Source of the DNA: a virus
Lineage: Duplodnaviria; Caudoviricetes
Length of the DNA: 37,837 bases
Virus record (IMG/VR): IMGVR_UViG_3300012347_000374
Location: 1-37,837 of that record
Direction: 5' to 3' (one strand)
Below, piece by piece: positions 34,535 through 37,837 of the stretch (positions within the stretch are counted from its first letter, which is position 1; each line of letters starts with the position of its first letter). The translations under genes and the position numbers were made by a program. The notes under the pieces were generated by a model. The model did no database searches, had not been told where the DNA came from, and saw only the letters and a program-made list of their open reading frames with translations.

Positions 34535-34563
34535 ATTGTAATCTGAGTGAATTATTTTTACAA
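34535..34563 (-). promoter_or_regulatory. Sigma70 promoter for candidate sRNA
   Basis: TTGTAA (34563-34558), 17 bp spacer, TACAAT (34540-34535). Confidence 0.7.
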
Positions 34564-34564
34564 C

Positions 34565-34915
34565 CTATTTTCCAAAAATGATCTGACGAATCCGGCGCTC
34601 ACTCAACTGGTGGCGGCGAACCAAAAGCGGGATGCGCTCACCGCGTTGCCAATCGGCCAAGATGCGTTGGTCGCGTTTGCTTTTGTAGTCTGCGCCGCCG
34701 TTGGGGCTGATGTAGGGGCGGTCGCCAGCCCAATCTTGGTGTGCCTCTTTGCTGACTTGTGCAATGAGCGCTGCGCCGAAGTCGGGCTTCATTTCCAGCA
34801 CACGGCGCAGCACATCGTCGATGATGCTGCCATCGCGCGGGGTGAATTGCTCGATGTCGGTTTGTGCAGCGTCTGGTATGGCGCGGCGAATGTTTTTTGC
34901 TGTCGTAGTTACCAT
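34565..34915 (-). CDS. Mor/C-family late transcription activator
   Basis: W.GDRPYI, RD..I..DW..G.....L.RRH.LS.RRIRQII. Confidence 0.82.
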   Translation of the reverse strand: MVTTTAKNIRRAIPDAAQTDIEQFTPRDGSIIDDVLRRVLEMKPDFGAALIAQVSKEAHQDWAGDRPYISPNGGADYKSKRDQRILADWQRGERIPLLVRRHQLSERRIRQIIFGK

Positions 34916-36948
34916 GATGGGCGGCCTTGTCGTGGTCGGTTGGCGGGGCGGTAGGGGTTGATTTTGTTTTGCGCGGCGGGGTTGACAGGCTGCTGCATCA
35001 TTTTCGTGGCATCAGGAAATTGATGGTTAGTTTCCGCTTGCAAAGGCTGTGCGAATAGGTCACCACTTCGGGGCTGCACAGCGTCTTCCAGCTTTTGCCA
35101 CATGGCGCTGGTGTAGGCGTGCAGGCCCAAGGCGTGGGTGCAAAAAATGGCGTACACGGAACAGTCCAGCACTTCGTTGCGGGCGCGCTTGGTGTTGACC
35201 CACTTGTACTCAATGCCACGGCTGGTTTTTTGGGGCACGCGGCTTTCAGCGGTGAGCTGTAAATAGAACTCGGGCGGCAGGTCTTTTGAAAAATGCACAA
35301 AGCCAGCGCCGGGCTGCGTGACCATCAAGCGGCCATAAATCAAGTCTTTGGCGGTGTCTGTGCCCACGTACCACAGGCGCACGCCGCGCTTGAGCACTTG
35401 GCCTCGCCAGTTGACATCCTGAATGGTGGCCTTACCTTTGACCATCTTGCTTGGCTGCGGGTCACCGCGCACGGCAAACACGCGCTGGCGTTCGCGCTGG
35501 CGGCAGTAGTTGTACGCTTGGTGCGTGAAGTGGCCACCCGTGTCAACGGCCATGGCTTCGATCTTCATGCCCTGCCCGTTGGCGTGGCTGAACACGGTTT
35601 CGCGGTAGGCGTCGAGCTTGTCCCACTCGCGCTCATCGGCGGGGTTGGCTATGATGACGGTGTAATCGATGGCCCACATTTCCTCGCCCTTGCCAATGGC
35701 CCATGTGACCACCTCAAAGCGGTTGTCTTGAACGTCACAGCCGGTGACCAGCACTAGGCCACCGTAGGGCACGGTGAATCGGCGGTAGTCTTCGGCGCGG
35801 CGGGCCAGTGCGTTTTCGTCGGCTTTCTCAATGGTTTCTTCCCAGCACTCGCCCAATGTTTCGTTGACGAAGCCTTCAAGCGGGCCCGTCTCGCCTGCCT
35901 TGGCTTTGGTGCTGGCTTCCAAAAACTCGCGCACGATGTCCGACCACGCACGCTGCGGGCTGTAGGCGGTCCACACATGAAAGGCCACATGGCGCGGTGC
36001 GCTGCGTTTGTCGCCCAGCGCGTTGCGCCACACGCCGTCTTGGCCATAGCGGTAGTCGCCACAGGCGCTGACCCATGCCGCGCCCTGCTCCCACACCTTA
36101 AGGTATTCGGCTTGCGTGATGCTGCCACGGCAATGCGGGCACACATGGCGCACGGTGGTGTGGTCTGCACCGTCCCACTTGAACCCGTGGTCAACTTTGG
36201 AGCCACCCCACAGCAGCGGGTGCTCTGCCTCGCAATGCGGGCAGGTGATGTGGTAGGCCATGCGTGCGTCTGCGTGTTCTTCGCGGTACTCGACATGGCT
36301 CAAGCCTTTGATGCGCGGAGTGCTACCGGCCACCAGCTTGGGGAACGGCGCACCCTCAAGGCGACCACGCGCCAAGGTGATGGGGTCGGATGACTTCTCA
36401 ATTTTCTGGTCAAAGCCATCGGCCTCATCCAACATGGCCACGGCCACGGTGATGCGTCGATACGCACGCGCAGCCTTGCCGCCCAAGATGTGCAGCACCG
36501 AGCCCAAGAAACTCTTGAGCTTCATGGTGTCTTCTTTGCCGCTCAGAATGACGGGCTTGAGCGCGGCCACATCGCGCAGCATGGGGTCCACCTCAGACTT
36601 GACAAAGCTGTCGCGGTCATCATCGGTGGGCTGCCACAGCGCCTGCTTGCGGCGGCGGTGCGCGGCGTTGTAGGCGATGAACGACAACAGAGTTTTGGTG
36701 TAGCCCACGCGCTTGGCTTTGCGAACGGTCACCTCCTCGATGTCGTCATTGCTGAACGCATCCATCCACCCGCGCTGGAACGGGTAAGCACGCCAAGCCC
36801 CCTGCGTGTGGCTGGCCTCGGCGCTCAAAAAGAAGTTGTCCTCAGCCCAACGGCTGAGTGTCTGCGGCGCAACAGCCTGCAACGGTTGCAAGCCAGATGT
36901 GACCGCAGTCAATATCGCGCGGAGGGTTTCGCTGGGGGCTTTGCTCAC
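34909..36948 (-). CDS. Terminase large subunit (lambda GpA family)
   Basis: KAKRVGYT Walker A variant, MLDEAD, STP, CPHC x2, GCDVQ, VDTGG, RNEVLDC. Confidence 0.96.
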   Translation of the reverse strand: MSKAPSETLRAILTAVTSGLQPLQAVAPQTLSRWAEDNFFLSAEASHTQGAWRAYPFQRGWMDAFSNDDIEEVTVRKAKRVGYTKTLLSFIAYNAAHRRRKQALWQPTDDDRDSFVKSEVDPMLRDVAALKPVILSGKEDTMKLKSFLGSVLHILGGKAARAYRRITVAVAMLDEADGFDQKIEKSSDPITLARGRLEGAPFPKLVAGSTPRIKGLSHVEYREEHADARMAYHITCPHCEAEHPLLWGGSKVDHGFKWDGADHTTVRHVCPHCRGSITQAEYLKVWEQGAAWVSACGDYRYGQDGVWRNALGDKRSAPRHVAFHVWTAYSPQRAWSDIVREFLEASTKAKAGETGPLEGFVNETLGECWEETIEKADENALARRAEDYRRFTVPYGGLVLVTGCDVQDNRFEVVTWAIGKGEEMWAIDYTVIIANPADEREWDKLDAYRETVFSHANGQGMKIEAMAVDTGGHFTHQAYNYCRQRERQRVFAVRGDPQPSKMVKGKATIQDVNWRGQVLKRGVRLWYVGTDTAKDLIYGRLMVTQPGAGFVHFSKDLPPEFYLQLTAESRVPQKTSRGIEYKWVNTKRARNEVLDCSVYAIFCTHALGLHAYTSAMWQKLEDAVQPRSGDLFAQPLQAETNHQFPDATKMMQQPVNPAAQNKINPYRPANRPRQGRPSW

Positions 36949-37280
36949 GGCATTGACTTCCCGATTTCTGATGCAACTTTGACAATAGCAAGACGGACAG
37001 CGGCAAATTCATTACGACCGCAATCTTCAATATTTACAACAATAGGAGCATCACCAAGGTTTTTATCAACCAGCGCTTGTCCAAGTGCGCCGTGGTAACG
37101 CACCTTTAAACGCAGTGTCACTGCTAATCGAAACGCATCCCCATCATTGTCTAGAGGGTCCCAACTACCAGCAGCTTGTGACCCTGGCACGTACCATCCA
37201 ACATCCATACCGTTAAATGTTGCTGGCTCAATTCCAGCTGCTTTTGCGGCATTCAATAAAAGTTCTTTTGTTTCATTCAT
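36945..37280 (-). CDS. Hypothetical phage protein inserted between terminase genes
   Basis: LL..AAKAAG...WDPL..DGDAFRLA...RLAIV..A.EIG motif; lower GC. Confidence 0.75.
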   Translation of the reverse strand: MNETKELLLNAAKAAGIEPATFNGMDVGWYVPGSQAAGSWDPLDNDGDAFRLAVTLRLKVRYHGALGQALVDKNLGDAPIVVNIEDCGRNEFAAVRLAIVKVASEIGKSMP

Positions 37281-37810
37281 TACTTTGTCTCCAAGTCTTC
37301 ATCATCAACATCGTCACTCATACCAAGCCGTGATGACACCAGCTCGGCCGTAGATCGTACCCACTCATTACGCGCATTGGCCAGCAGACCCATCACTTGG
37401 TCACGCGCAGCCTCTGGCAAATCAGGGCACGTTTTTTTCAACGCTCCCGGCAACTGCTCAAACCGCTCCACCACCGACATACTGGCTGTGGCCAACACCT
37501 CCGACAGCAAAGCGATTGGCGCAAACTCACCACGCGCCACAGCGTTCTTGAGCTCAATGCCATGGCGCTGCTCACGCGCAAGCGCTGCACGCTCTTGCAC
37601 TAGGTCAAGCCCGCCCACTTCCATCGACTGACGCCCAGCCGCTACCTCACGCAGCCATTCACAGTACTGGCGAAGCTGCACCGACAAAGTAAGCCCGCGC
37701 TCCACGATGCCATCGCTCATGATCTGACTCACCCTTCCCTCGCTGACACCAATCAGCTCAGCCAGTTCAGCCTGCGAACCTTGTCGCTCCAATGACTCAG
37801 CAGCCCTCAC
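37280..37810 (-). CDS. Terminase small subunit (Nu1-like)
   Basis: N-terminal HTH (SQAE.AELIGVS...VS), YC.WLRE.AAGR, ERA.LA...ELKN. Confidence 0.85.
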   Translation of the reverse strand: MRAAESLERQGSQAELAELIGVSEGRVSQIMSDGIVERGLTLSVQLRQYCEWLREVAAGRQSMEVGGLDLVQERAALAREQRHGIELKNAVARGEFAPIALLSEVLATASMSVVERFEQLPGALKKTCPDLPEAARDQVMGLLANARNEWVRSTAELVSSRLGMSDDVDDEDLETK

Positions 37811-37837
37811 TTAACCCCCTTAGTAAAGTCATGAAAC

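Overview
An essentially complete ~37.8 kb temperate lambdoid siphophage genome in its free (non-integrated) form; the host is probably a Betaproteobacterium (inference from gene families). The window appears to be opened at the cos region, between a gpZ-like gene (left end) and the terminase small subunit (right end), and attP is intact (tRNA-Leu 3'-end core at 10227-10249 next to a tyrosine integrase). Modules: replication (YdaU/DUF1376 initiator with iterons, DnaB); immunity (short CI without peptidase domain, Cro, CII, 17-bp operators); an early operon ending in Xis and HNH; a c4-like antisense RNA locus; a lambda-like tail (frameshifted chaperone, TMP, NlpC, J-like tip, fibre); a protease-capsid fusion; portal; DNA methylase; Mor-type late activator with two identical 32-bp late-promoter elements; and terminase. 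Most unusual: (1) a 7.4 kb block between portal and capsid where holin and endolysin are followed not by recognisable spanins but by a membrane coiled-coil protein, a small periplasmic binding-like protein, a porin-like beta-barrel, DUF1353 and a 1296-aa adhesin-like protein; (2) a standalone ~160-nt structured ncRNA candidate with its own sigma70 promoter and terminator. All family assignments come from motif recognition by eye, not database searches.
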